Source: Auanema rhodensis (Eukaryota; Animalia; Nematoda). From it: DNA of 64,000 nucleotides. The position numbers were made by a program, and so were the translations under genes. How positions within the stretch are numbered: position 1 is the first letter of the stretch; every line of letters starts with the position of its first letter. Positions 26,558 to 39,166 of the stretch are shown here, one piece after another. The notes under the pieces were generated by a model. The model searched no databases and was not told the origin of the DNA. It worked only from the letters and a program-made list of their open reading frames with translations. Where the stretch lies: positions 10,664,001 through 10,728,000 of the forward strand of contig OZ059894.1 in NCBI GenBank assembly GCA_964057225.1. Reading direction: 5' to 3'.

Positions 26558-29361
26558 ATGGCCCTCCCGCGGTTGAGGTACATGCTTAAATGATATAATT
26601 CAATTGAACTTTTTATTAAAGGGTAAATGGCAACAATGAGGAGAAGCTAGTTCATCCCAACCACATGGTTTACCAGAAAATGGAAGAACTGGTGAACAAA
26701 ATGTTGGATGCGGAGACTGGAGTTCCCATCAAAACTGTTAAAAGTTTTCTCTCAAAAGTTCCATCTGTTTTTACGGGTCAGGATCTCATAGCATGGATAA
26801 CTAAAAATTTTGATATGACTGATTTATGTAAGTTCATGTGTCCTATAGTTACTGAAACCTAAGCATATAATCGTACTTCCGGAAAATTTATGTATTATTT
26901 TTGTTTTTAGCTGATGCGTTACACCTGGCCCATCTTGTTGCATCGCATGGATATCTATTCCAAATCGACGACCATGTGCTCACTGTTAAGAATGATGGAA
27001 CTTTTTATCGATTTCAATGCCCTTATTTTTGGCCATCAAATTGTTGGGAGCCTGAGAATACTGATTATGGTTAGTATTGAATGGTTTCATCAGTTCAGCT
27101 GATTATTTTAGCGGTTTACCTCTGTAAGAGGACTATGCAGAATAAGGCTCATTTGGAATTGGAAGATTTTGAAGCCGAAAATTTGGCAAAATTACAAAAG
27201 ATGTTCAGTAGAAAATGGGAATTTGTTTTTATGCAAGCAGAAGCACAATATAAGTAATAGAAAACTGCGTTATTGTTTAATTTTTCTTATTTGTAGAGTT
27301 GATAAAAAACGTGATAGGCTTGAACGTCAAATATTAGACAGTCAAGAAAGAGCTTTCTGGGATGTTCATCGGCCTGTTCCTGGTTGTGTTAATACGACGG
27401 AGGTATTTTTTAATAATTTAAACGTTGTTTTTATGTTTGTAATATATAGGTTGATTTTCGCAAACTTTCTCGTTCTGGTCGTCCAAAATACAGTCAAGGC
27501 CATGCTGCTCTTAATGCTGCTGCTTCATCTGGTGTCAGTCCTTATTCCACAAGTGCTGCTGCTGCTCATTCCAATATGCCTTCCACTTCTAATGGAACAA
27601 CTGCTCAGTCGTCTCACTCAAGGTAAAAATGAAGGTTTTACATATGCTCATTAAAAAAACCTTCAGTACCAGCTCTGGTGGCTCTTTTCGTAGTGGATAC
27701 GTTACCAGACCAGGTGTTCGACGTTGTACTCAAGTACAAGATTCGTTAAAATTCGAGGTTTGAAATGAATCGGAACAATATGCTCATTATCTTATTTTAG
27801 ATCAGTATGCTTAACAATAGATTATCCAAGAATGTATTAAGGACCTCAAAAGTAGTTGAAAAGTAAGAGTTCGCTGATGAATTAAGAGTTTTAAAAATTT
27901 GTTTTCAGTTATGTTTCCTATTACGAACATCGTAAAGTGTTTGATCCTTTCATTATTCCTCCGGGCTCTGCAAACGATCCGTTCCAAAGTCTTCCAAATC
28001 CATGGATTCACGATACCGTTGATTTCTGGACACATGATAAGATGTAGGAATTTAAATAGTATAGTATCACTCATTGTGTCTATTTAGAACTGGGGAAATA
28101 TCTACTAGACGTTTGAAGCTGTGGGAAGAATGTTTTGAAGATCTCTTAGCTGATAACATTGGGCGTGATACATTACAAAAATTCCTAGATAAGGAATATT
28201 CCGGCGAAAACCTTCGGTTTTGGTGGGAGGTTAGAGATATAATCTAACTGCAAAACTATATAATGTATACCTAGGTTCAAAAGCTAAGGAAATGTAGTTG
28301 TCGTATGGTTCCCGTTCTTGTCACTGAAATATATAATGAGTTCATTGATTCGAACGCAACTTCACCTGTAAATGTCGATTGCAAAGTAAGAAAACACTGA
28401 TTTTTTCACTTAAACAAGTATGGTTTAGGTAATGGAAATTACGGAAGAAAACCTGAAAAATCCCAATCGATGGAGTTTTGATGAAGCGGCGGTATTCACT
28501 TGTTTTTTAGGGAACTTAATATTAAATATTTTACAGGATCATATATTTTGCCTAATGAAAAATGACAGTTATCAAAGATTTTTACGATCTGATATCTATA
28601 AGGATCTCCTAACTCAGTCAAAAAAGAAGGTAAGATCGATACGTTATTATTTTCCCGATTAGAAGATTTTCTGAGTTAAAACGACTAACCGCATGCCAAA
28701 TTTTTTGCATGGGTAGGCTGCACGATTTAATAAACAAACAATCGTTTATTAGGAGTTGTTTCCGTTTTTAGAGCACGCTATCTTCATTGATCGGTCGTAA
28801 GACCTCACGCAAAGTTTCTCGCAAAGGCGGTCAATCTCCAGGTCCCATGCCAGCTAATCACAGTTCTCCTTGCCTTTTGGCTCCGCCTAACCTTCCATAG
28901 TGGGTCCAATAACCATAGGGTGCGCCCGCCTCTTTGCTATCAGTGCTTCCCTTCGCCTCTATGCTATCCGCATGCATCTTTTTTGTATTCGTTCTGTGTT
29001 TGGGGCGATATAGCGCGGCTCAGTTGCCTGGTGTTTGATATGAGTCGTCGCCTGTAGCGCTTGCGTTCTGTCGACGACAATCGGTGATGCTTTTGCAACT
29101 GCTGCAGCTTGAACTGCTCCTGTGCACGCAAACACAGACTGGGCAGCTCTGGGTCGTCTTTGATGTAGTAGATATTTCATGTTTTGATTTCAGGTTCCTG
29201 CCAAAATGTCACGAGACATCGGAATACGGTTTCCTAACTTGGGTTTTTCATCCAATCAAGTCCGAAGGGACGCTGCAAATCTTCATGTGGGACCACAGCC
29301 TGGCGGCAGTGGTGGTCCTTCTAGTTGCTCGCCGACCAACACAGCCACCGTCGGAATATAG
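26558..29361 (+). CDS. egl-10: R7-family RGS protein (DEP-DHEX-GGL-RGS) with alternative C-terminal exons
   Basis: [102 protein letters not shown]. Possible stops at 28662, 28900 or 29361. Confidence 0.97.
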
Positions 29362-29919
29362 TTTCACATTTACAAGATATTTTACCTTCAATGAATATGA
29401 ATATACCATGTGCCGTTTCACGGTTTTCCCGCGCTGGTGCGCTGACTGCTATCTTATTTCCCCGGTCTTCTTAAATCTAGAAATCTTCACTGCTTATTAT
29501 AGCATGGGTCTGAGGTTCTATATTCCATTCATAGCATCTTTTCTTTATTGTAATAACTCCCATTTAGAAAATTGTATAGAAATACTGCACCAGATTTATC
29601 ATCATTTGCACTGCATAATTGTTATTTGCCAATTTTACCTGGAAATCTCCACGCCTCTAGTCAATTTTAAAGTACAGCTTTAATTCTTTTCTAGTCCTCA
29701 TCTCGCAAATTAATAGATAAATAGTTCTACTTATCGCCGCAACGAAAAGATACTTTTAGTAGGATGATTCAGTTACATCCCGTAAATATATATTTATAAG
29801 TTCCCAAATGTTGGTGTAAAGCAAACGGTATTATTTATTATTTTACTTTTTCCCCTTTTTTGCAATGTCCATTACAAATGAATTTTTAATTGTGAACAAT
29901 TTATAAGCAACAAGAAAAT

Positions 29920-32658
29920 TTAACGATAATAACGTCTACTGTGGCTTCTATCTCTATGTCTGTAACGATCATTGCTCCTATCACGTTTGCTCTTGTGGCG
30001 ATCACGGTCATGTTTACGGTTTCTTGAACGACTTCTTGAACGACTTTTAGATCTACTTTTTGAACGACGACGTCCAGATCTTGATCTGCTTCTTGAACGA
30101 TGGCGAGAGTATGATTTTGTTTTACTACGTGAATGACTTCTCGATCGACTACGTGAACGGGACCTAGAGACGGTATCCCGTTTTCGGCCTCCAGAACATT
30201 CACGAAGACGTCTCTCCCGCTGTTTCCTCTCCTGTTCCTCTATATAGATGATCTCATCGCGAATCTAAATATGTTTGAAATTCGGAAACTTGTGAAAAAG
30301 CGAACCCTTCTCTCCTTTTCCGCTTCGCGCTTTTTCGCTTCTCCTTCCTCCCGCATCTCATCGACTGTTTGACGAAGGGTTTTCTTCATTTTAGCTTTCA
30401 ACTTTTTAGCAATTTCTTTCTTAAGAATTAATTAAGTTCAAAACGGGTTTATAATTCACAAAATACCTTATCATCCTCGTCTGAATCATCTGGTTTGGGA
30501 CAATTTTTTTCTCTAAACGGAAATATTACAAAATTTGATAATAGAGAGACATACTTGATCATTCGTTTAGTTCGTTTAATTCGTCTTTTTCTATTTTCGA
30601 TCTGAATGCGTTCTTTTTCAGAATCTGACATGCTTGATCTAAAAATTGTTTGAAAATATATATATCAGATAATATTATAGTAATACAAACCTGATTTCTA
30701 GAAAATCTAATTCTGACCCAGCATCGCTACTTTCAGGTGTTTCTGATTTTTGTTTTTCGTTTACTAAACTTTCTGGTTGTTCTTTAGGTGAAGGTCTAAT
30801 AATTGAACACATATGATTATCTTTTCAAGCTAAGATTTACCTATTACTGCTATTGGAATGAGATCTAGATCGTGAAAAACGGGAACGAGAATGAGATCGA
30901 CTTCGAGATCTGGAGGAAAAAGGACTTCTGCGTGACCTTTGATGTTCAGGTCTACTAGGTGGAGAAGCTGTTCGTGATCTTCGACTTACACTTCTTGACC
31001 TAAAGTCTCAGCGTTTGGTGAAAACATGTAGAATATAACCTGCTCCGTCGTTGTTGAGATGGCTTTCTTCGAACTTTGACAAGAGCTTCCGGGGAAGGGT
31101 CCTTCGCAGGCTCACCAGCTGCCATACGTCTATAACAATGTTGATACCCAGTAAGAATTTCTAGTAACTAACAGAAGTTTCATGCATTCAGGATCCATGC
31201 TTACAGGACTCTCTACTGTTGCCTTTGTGGTCTCTTCCTCATCATCATCTAAATATCAAAATAAAGAAATCTAATATTATGAATCTCCACCATCTTTATC
31301 AGCTCCACCAAATGTTGTTATAAACTCTGTTTTAGTTGGTTCGTCATCAGATGATTCACTGCTCGATGATTCTTGAAGGTGTTTATTATTTTTATCCTCA
31401 TATGCTTTTTCACGAAATTTGAAACCTGGGAAACAAAATAAATATTATTAAAGCATATGAATTAAAAAATACTGAGAGTAGCTTCATCGTGAACTCCTTT
31501 GCCAACTATCATAGCTCTCTGTCTTTTTAAAATCTGACGTCCTTGCTTACCCTCTCGGCCCTAAATGAATTGGTTAAATATTAATGATGACCAATTTATA
31601 AAAAAATGGAAAACTAACAGCAAGCATGCTTTTCTGACGTTCAATCCTCCTCAGTTCAGCTGCTTCTCTTGTTGCATGTTGATCTGCACCTAATAAGCCA
31701 GTGAACTTGGCTAACTTAATACCATACTCTTCTCCTATTTTATTAGCTCGTTTTTGCGATTCAGCAGAATATCGAGCAAGATCTAACTCGACATCTAAGA
31801 ACCAATATTCTTGTTGCGTAGGGAAGTTAAAAACGATACCTATATCTTGAGCTTCTTCTATCTCATCCTCGGATTCGTCATCTCTGCTGTTACTGCCTCT
31901 AACAACGTCAGAGTCATTATACGAAAATCCAATACTAGCTTTGTTTTCTCCAGCTTTCCTGAAACGATTCCTGAATCAAAAATACGATGAACGACAAACT
32001 TTTTCTTCTCCATTTCCAGCTTACGATAATCTTCATTGCCACTTGTTAACCAAAACTCTTTCTCAGCAATTTTGCGAAGATAATTCTGAACGGTATTTAA
32101 AATTAAAATGAGCTTAGACTGAAATAAAAACTTTTTCAGAAACATCTTTAAACTCGTTAATGACTAGAAGACGATATCGTTCAAAATCACAAACAGTCTC
32201 TTCCTTAGCAGCAGCACTGAAATTGAATCGCTTCACGATTTACATGAGAATTTGTTCCCACCTTTTTTCATCAAGCTTGCATACTCTAGGGGGAGCAATG
32301 TAATCGAGATGAGAGCGAGCATCAAACCTATCAATTAAAACTTCCGAATCGCCTTGCCATTTACGTCTAAACACAAATTATTTTATTCACATAGGCAAAA
32401 TTAGTAAACAAACAGAATATTTTGATCTTCAGCAGCTTTTGCAATACTTTTATCTGCATGAATTGTACAACCTCGTCCATGCAATTGCATAAATTGATCA
32501 GGATCTTTCCTCTGTATACAGCTAATATTTCACAAAACTTTCTAAGATAAGAAACATACCACATTCTCATAATATTTCCTTCTTCGTTCAGCGCGACGCG
32601 AACAATCAACGATGCGAGCCCTTAACAGTTTTTCCTGTTTACGCGCTTCATGCCACAT
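29920..32658 (-). CDS. CLASRP/SFRS16-like SR splicing factor
   Basis: MWHEARKQEKLLRARIVDCSRRAERRRKYYE, DPDQFMQLHGR, WQGDSEVLIDRFDARSHLD, CDFERYR; RS-rich C-terminus ending SRRYYR*. Confidence 0.93.
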
Positions 32659-32788
32659 CTTTAAATTCGGATTCAAACAAAACTACTCATGCGAAAATAT
32701 TGCTATGAAGCCTTAACTTCGAAAAATCAGTTAACAAACACATCTGTACAATGATTTATCATAAGAAACATTACTTGGATTATGAAAT

Positions 32789-33445
32789 TTATTTTGGTTT
32801 TGAAAAAAATACATCTGTTCGGTTTTCGAGGACCTTTTGACAACGTTGTAAAAGATTTTCTTGTCTTTCTAAAGCTTCGTCAATGTCTTTTAATTCCTAA
32901 AAATAGCAATAAATAAAGCAGTTAAAGATATAAAATTCACATCTTGGTATTTTTCTTCAGGATATTCCAATTCCCATTGTAAACAAATGCGGGTTAATTC
33001 GGTATTCATGTCGTGAGCAGCTCCCCTCCACTAAAACATACAAAAAAATTAGGTGAAGTTACTTTCCCAGTCTAACCTCTTTAACCCATAGTTCTGCTAC
33101 TTCTTTTACATGCTCCGCCGAACTGGCAGGTGGAGCTGGAGGTCTTGTGGTAACATTTTTCATCATTTGGCACCATGTGACCATCAACTCATCAAGAGAT
33201 TTTCCTAATCGTGTCTTAGGCAACGATGTAGTTTCTTCAAGGATAGACCGTTTCGTATCTAAACACAGTAACTTGAAAACTAATATTTCTAAAAGCACTA
33301 CTCATATCTCCAGTATTCATAGGTGAATCATCTTCGCCAAGAACCAACTGCTTCAAATGAGACATAGCTGATGTCGCTGAAGCAGGTTTATCTGAAGCGA
33401 TATTTTAGCCCAAATCCGTACTTATTTGGATCGTCTACCTTCCAT
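32789..33445 (-). CDS. mdt-28: Mediator subunit 28-like
   Basis: Spliced protein LGKSLDELMVTWCQMM..EHVKEVAELWVKEWRGAAHDMNTELTRICLQWELEYPEEKYQDELKDIDEALERQENLLQRC fits the MED28 helical pattern. Adjacent to atx-3, as I recall for C. elegans. Confidence 0.7.
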
Positions 33446-33626
33446 ACTCACAGCGAATACCACTAAATAACTACAAAACAAAGTACGCAATCCAAAAACA
33501 ATTATTTATAAGATAAGATACAAAAGACATAAACCTTCAAAATAAGAAAAACGCAATAAAAATATTTTATATTTACTTAATTGAAGTAAAAATATATATA
33601 TTGTGCACAAGTACAACAAACCTATC

Positions 33627-34967
33627 TTACATGAATCTAGACAAATCTCTTTTATTCCGAGCATCTGTAGCGTCACTTAAGTTACTGGGTTGTCCAGATT
33701 CTGCCAAACTCATCATCAAAGCCATTTGCAACTCCTCATCCTATGTATACAAATATTACAAGGTATATATAGCGAAATTGATTACCTCTCTGCTCAAACC
33801 AGTTTCATTCGAGCTGGAAGCTTGATCTGAGAATGCTGAATTTAAATTTTAAACAGATTTGGCAAGTTAATGACAACATTTCCATTATTTTTCAAAAAAT
33901 TACGTTCATGAAAAATACAACCTTTTCATCCACAATAAAATGTAGGATTAACAGAAAGACACAATGTCTTTAGTCTAGTTTGACAAGAAATTACGTGATC
34001 ACAAGAATAGAATATTTTAGAGCACACAATTAAACTTCGAAAATACCGAATAATTGATAAAAGCTCACCTGTACTTCCTGAAAAATAAAACATATCAAAA
34101 CATCCCCTTCAAATTATTTACCTAGCCGCTGTCCTGCGCCTGACATTGGTTTGAAATCTTTCTTGGGCTTTTCAATCTTGATAGCTTCCACGGGATTCTT
34201 TGCGATGATTTGATCAGCATGGCTTTCAGGTAAAATTCCATTTATTAAAAAAATTGAATAACCTAAAACATTTATCGTTACCGAATTTGACAATGTATCT
34301 TACCTTCTCTAGATAATTGGGCGATATAAATAGATAAATATGTATCGGATAAAAGTTCAGGACCAGCCTATAGAGAAATTTAATAAACGTACGAAGGGTA
34401 ACTATTACACCTTGACAGAGTTCAAAGAGAACCATTGCCTGTTTCCAAATTTTCTGAGAGTAAACCAATGTTCATTCATATTACATATAAACGCAGTAGC
34501 TTTTCTAAAAATATAAATAGTTGTAAGTAGTTGCGTAGTGTTTCCGACGTTGGTTCGGCTTTAAATTCAGCTACAGTTGGATGATCAATATGAATCAAAT
34601 CAAACCCGAAGGGTTCCAGAGCTTTAGCAATTACCTAATACAGAGATTTAAAAATTCATGAATAAAATGAAATTGAACCTGGACGGAAAAAAACCCAGAG
34701 TCATCCATATTCTGACTTTTTGTTATTTTCTTCTCAAGAACTTCATTTTCTTCCCTGTAAATTAATGAATGTCATTATTGAATCAAACACAAACAGAACT
34801 GATCTAGTTGTCTTGCTATTTCAGAGAGATCAACGGCTGTGTACATGGCTTCTTGCATTAACATATTCAACGCATGTTGTGCACACAGCATTCCTTCTTG
34901 CTGAATGAATGAAATCGAAAAGAACAACTTCATACTCACATACCTTCTCAAAGAAGATAGTATCCAT
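33627..34967 (-). CDS. atx-3: Ataxin-3 Josephin deubiquitinase
   Basis: MDTIFFEKQEGMLCAQHALN (Cys), QNMDDSGFFSVQVI, FICNMNEHWFTLRKFG (His), LNSV (Asn), UIM EDEELQMALMMSL. Confidence 0.95.
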
Positions 34968-35115
34968 ATTAATAAATAAACAAAATCTGGGAAAATTTAA
35001 ATATTTCGATGAAAAATGAAAAAAGAAAGACGCAATGGATAAAAAACCATTTAAAAAAGAATAATATATTAAAAAGTAACAAAGCAGTTGGTATTTTTCT
35101 ATAAAAGTAACAATG

Positions 35116-35871
35116 CTATCTCGATCTTTTGGCTGGCTGTTCTTGATCGTCACTATCTCTTTGTCTGCCTTTTTTGCCTGCATGATAAAAAATGTTTCAT
35201 AATATGAAAAAATTTTATCACTTTTAAGTAATCCGTTCCATTTCTCTTCCAATATCCTGTAACGTTCTAGAAGTTGTTTATCATAATAATTCTTTATTCC
35301 TAGAGTATTTTGAATACCGTGTAAGCAAAATACTTGTTGTATTGAAGACTATAAACATTTGGACATATAACGAAAATATGCTGAGAACACTATACACTAA
35401 ATGCAGATTGATAGTCATCTCTCCGCCGCTGTTTTGCATATCTATATTGAAGTGATATTTCTTCAAACTTTCGAGTTATTGCACTTAATAATAAGTTTTC
35501 TGCGTCAGAGGTAATATCTGACAAAATACATTGAAAAATTTAAGAACATCTCAGTACCTTCAAATCCATCGAATTTCACGAGCGTTTTCAGACTATTTCT
35601 TAAAATTAACTCGACATAGGGAAGCGGACGTGCTCTGAGAGGCCGATTTTCTATCTGTACCCTAGGTAATGTAATCTATAAAAATGAGATAGATAAAACT
35701 TACTTTGACTTACAATCTAGAATTTTTTGAACTTTTTCATAATTGATTTTTCTGGTTTTCTTATAAGCTCTTTCCTCATCGAGCAACAATACGTATTTCT
35801 CGGTTAATGTTTTCCCCTACAAATTCATTACGATGCTAATTATACAGTCTATTACTAACCAAATCCGCCAT
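35116..35871 (-). CDS. Histone-fold (bromodomain-associated) protein resembling SAGA subunit SUPT7L/Spt7
   Basis: Spliced: ELILRNSLKTLVKFDGFEDITSDAENLL...YRYAKQRRRDDYQSAFSSSIQQVFCLHGIQNTLGIKNYY; ends with NLS-like PAKRSR*. One internal splice choice is ambiguous. Confidence 0.65.
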
Positions 35872-36098
35872 TGATAGTGCAACTTTAAACTGTAAAGAAG
35901 AAAATAATAGTATTGTTAAAGCAGCCAAGATATGAAGTATTAAACTTCTGCTTTACTAAAGTGTATTTTATTATGATTTATTAATATGCTGCTAGGCACA
36001 GAAATTATTTTGCACGACTAGAAAATTCGAAGCTTTACAAATATATTAAAAGTATACATGACAGTTAAAAAAAAGACACTGTTTACACCATATATATA

Positions 36099-37440
36099 TT
36101 AAAAATCAAACTCTTCGTCTTGAAACAAATCAATGACACTATCACAGTAACATCCATAACTGTAAACATAATCGCGGTCAGACGGAGGAGGACTAAGTCT
36201 CGCCATCTCGACTGTGCCATCTGAAATTGTATCCACATAAGCAAACATGAAAAGAGAACAAACCTTTCTGTCCATTAACAGGAACAGGCTCAGTTTCTAA
36301 CCGTTTTTTGCGGAAATTTCCCAAACCCATTAAAATATCTTCGTCTTCATCTTCAAGAATGGGCCCAGGATCATCAGCTACCGAGTTATATCCATGAGTC
36401 TATTATAGTATGTCAATAAGCTCATTATGAAGAAACAAATATCACCTTGAACCCTTGAACATCTTGCTTCTCTTCATCTCTGCTTACAATTACAGCATTT
36501 ATAGGCCCACAAGGGCTTTTAATTTTTAGTTGATAGTGAGTGTCGTAGTCATAGCCAAACTGCAAGTTCAGATTTATCTTCAGTCGAACATTACTTCAAT
36601 ACTTTCGGAGGTGCTATTTCAACACTTGTTCCAGGTGGAGCATGAATTGCAAAGGTTATTGAGTTAGGAAAAACATTTTGAACTTCATCTTGGGTAACAT
36701 ACGCAAACTTTTGATTAGAAGAGAACTCTAATACATTTTTCAAACTCTGAAATAGCATGAGTGGAACAAATAGTTAATATATCAATTACCTGTTTCATAA
36801 ACTTCAAACTTGTAGTTAACTTTTCTTCTTCATCAACTAGATTGGCAATTTGACCTTTCAAGATTTGCATCCTATCTTGATCTCTTTGAGCTATAGGTCT
36901 TTTTCCGTTAGGAGGAAGAAGTTCACCTCCTCTGAAATTCGTCAATTACTACGATTTATCTCCAACAATGTTCATACTTCCATTGAATTATATTTTTAGA
37001 GCGCTTCTCTATCAATCCTATTCCTTCCAGAACATTTGTGATGTCATATATCCTACGTTTTTGGCGTACATTAAGCTGCTCAGCGGCCTAGATATAATAT
37101 CAATGTCTGATATGGAAAAACATTACAAACACTATTCAAATCGCAAATGCCGCCAGCAGCAGTTTGAAGCAAACGAATAAATCTCTTAGTGAGCAACCCG
37201 AGAGACTTATCAGCTCTAGTACCCATTTGAGGAGTTTCGATATCATCGTCGTCAAAATCTTCAAATACCTCTACTGAAACTGTATAAATGCATGAATTTG
37301 TATTGTATCCGTTCAAACAAACCATCCATGTCACCATCATCTGCGACATCTAGCTCACCATTCATGCTTTGATTGTGGGAACTTGTAGAAGGTCGATCCA
37401 TTCTTACAGCAGGTAGAGAAGTGGATCCTTCTTCGTTCAT
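36099..37440 (-). CDS. efl-1: E2F4/5-like transcription factor
   Basis: [47 protein letters not shown], marked box ([20 protein letters not shown]), pocket-protein motif DYVYSY..SVIDLF. Confidence 0.95.
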
Positions 37441-37652
37441 AGCACTAAATGAGAAAAAAAAGTTGTTGGAATTGAACAGATAACAACGTATGAACACTGT
37501 GTGACGACCGGATATCCTTATTTGAATAGAGAGTTCGGTAATTATAATTCATTACTCCTGTTTAACCTTTGATAGAAGCTTAATCAAATTAAGAAAAATA
37601 AATAAATTTGCATAAAAATATTTAAAATATATAATTCCCACCAAAACAATAC

Positions 37653-37666
37653 GGCGCCAATTCAAA
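37653..37666 (+). promoter_or_regulatory. E2F/CDE-CHR (DREAM-type) element in the shared efl-1 / hyls-1 promoter
   Basis: GGCG-CCAA-TTCAAA: GC core, 4-nt spacer, TTYRAA. The minus strand reads TTGGCGCC. Confidence 0.55.
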
Positions 37667-37777
37667 AAAAAAGTTGTAGGGCTGCTTTGAATGGACGCTA
37701 CAATCAATATTGGTCTTAACGCGAAGGTCAACACTTTAATTTTGTTGGGTCCACATGTTAAAGAATTTGCTCTAACA

Positions 37778-38964
37778 ATGAGCAACAACATAGAGGATGA
37801 AATTAGAGAAGCAGCTGAGGATGTTTGCTATCCTGATTGGGATAGGGATGATAGTATAATTGAGCTGCGCGAAGGTATTACTCTTGATTTCACGAACAAT
37901 ATTTATTCATTTTTGTCAGGGCTAAAATCTTTACAATACCATAGTGCTGCTGAATCTCTATCTGATTCCGTATTTAGTGGTGTTAGTTGCTTTGAGCTTC
38001 CTAAAGTAGCACGAAATGTGAAGTTCGCTTATAGTGATTCTCCAATCAGAAAAAAGTTGAAAGGCATGATAAGGAACTAAGAAATATTTTATTATTTTTG
38101 TTCAGATAACAAATTTGATGATCTCAGCGACGACAACGATGATGATGAAGTTGTTAGTGGATTTTTGTGTTTTATTTTTCAATAATTATTATTTATAGTT
38201 ATCAAAATTTCCTAAGGAAGAAAAATTAGTAAATGAAGCATATAATCTGATTTATCAAGTGTATGAAGATTGCAATGACATAGATCAAAAGGTTTGATGA
38301 TTTTTGAAAAGTGAAGTATAAATTTTGATTTTTATAGTTACAACAAGTTTCTCATTATTTCAAGGATGATTCTGATATTTCATTCGAAAAAGAAAATAAC
38401 ATTTTCGTACCTGATGGTATTTCAATTAGTTTATAACTTTTTGAGTTTCATTTTAGAAGTGTCTGTACAACCAAACCAGAGAATCAATCTTGAAAAGAGT
38501 CGTCATCCATTTAAGGAAATTGTTCCATCTGCGGATCCATGTAAGTGTACATTGCTATATCTAACTTGCTATTTGTGATAGGCTTGCGAAAAGTTTTGTG
38601 CCCTGAGCCTGGAAGACCTATTCTACGTCATGATCCTGTTAAAAAAATGCAAATTTACAAGTAATTTTATCTATCTTGTTTTTCTGTAAAAATTAGTTAT
38701 AACAGGGAAGAATGGAAAAGATTGCCGACTCCAGAGGAACAGAAAAGATTAGAACTTAGATGGAAAGTGCGCGAGCATATGTTAAGGAGGGATTTCCCAA
38801 AGTGAGTATTTAGTTATTTTTCAAGTTATAATTTTACAATAACTGTTTTATGTGTTTTTATATCTTCCCAAAACATTCAATTAGCTATCTACTTTAGAAA
38901 ATTTCCAAGTGGTGGACATGCTCATCATCCTAAAGATTGGTCCCCAAAACCTTATATGAATTAA
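37778..38964 (+). CDS. hyls-1: HYLS1 centriole/ciliogenesis protein
   Basis: C-terminal HYLS box PGRPILRHDPVKKMQIYKEEWKRLPTPEEQKRLELRWKVREHML; ends KDWSPKPYMN*. Confidence 0.85.
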
Positions 38965-39166
38965 GTTTGTATTGTTTACTATCATCTCTAGTTTTTGAAA
39001 CTAAATCATAAAATGCTCATAAATTGAATGATGCTCACACTCATTATGATTGTTCATATTTGTACATAAATGATTGTATTTAATCCAAGCTGTATAAATT
39101 CAAGTTTGAATACTATATATTATCTCTTATCAACATTTTTGAATCACATGTATAATTTTTCAGTCC

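Noticed and set aside
29084-29683. 199-aa plus-strand ORF
   Set aside because: Overlaps egl-10 terminal exon B in another frame and runs into the UTR; no domain
33840-34068. H/ACA snoRNA in the long atx-3 intron
   Set aside because: An ANANNA and one small hairpin are present, but no two-hairpin fold with a terminal ACA
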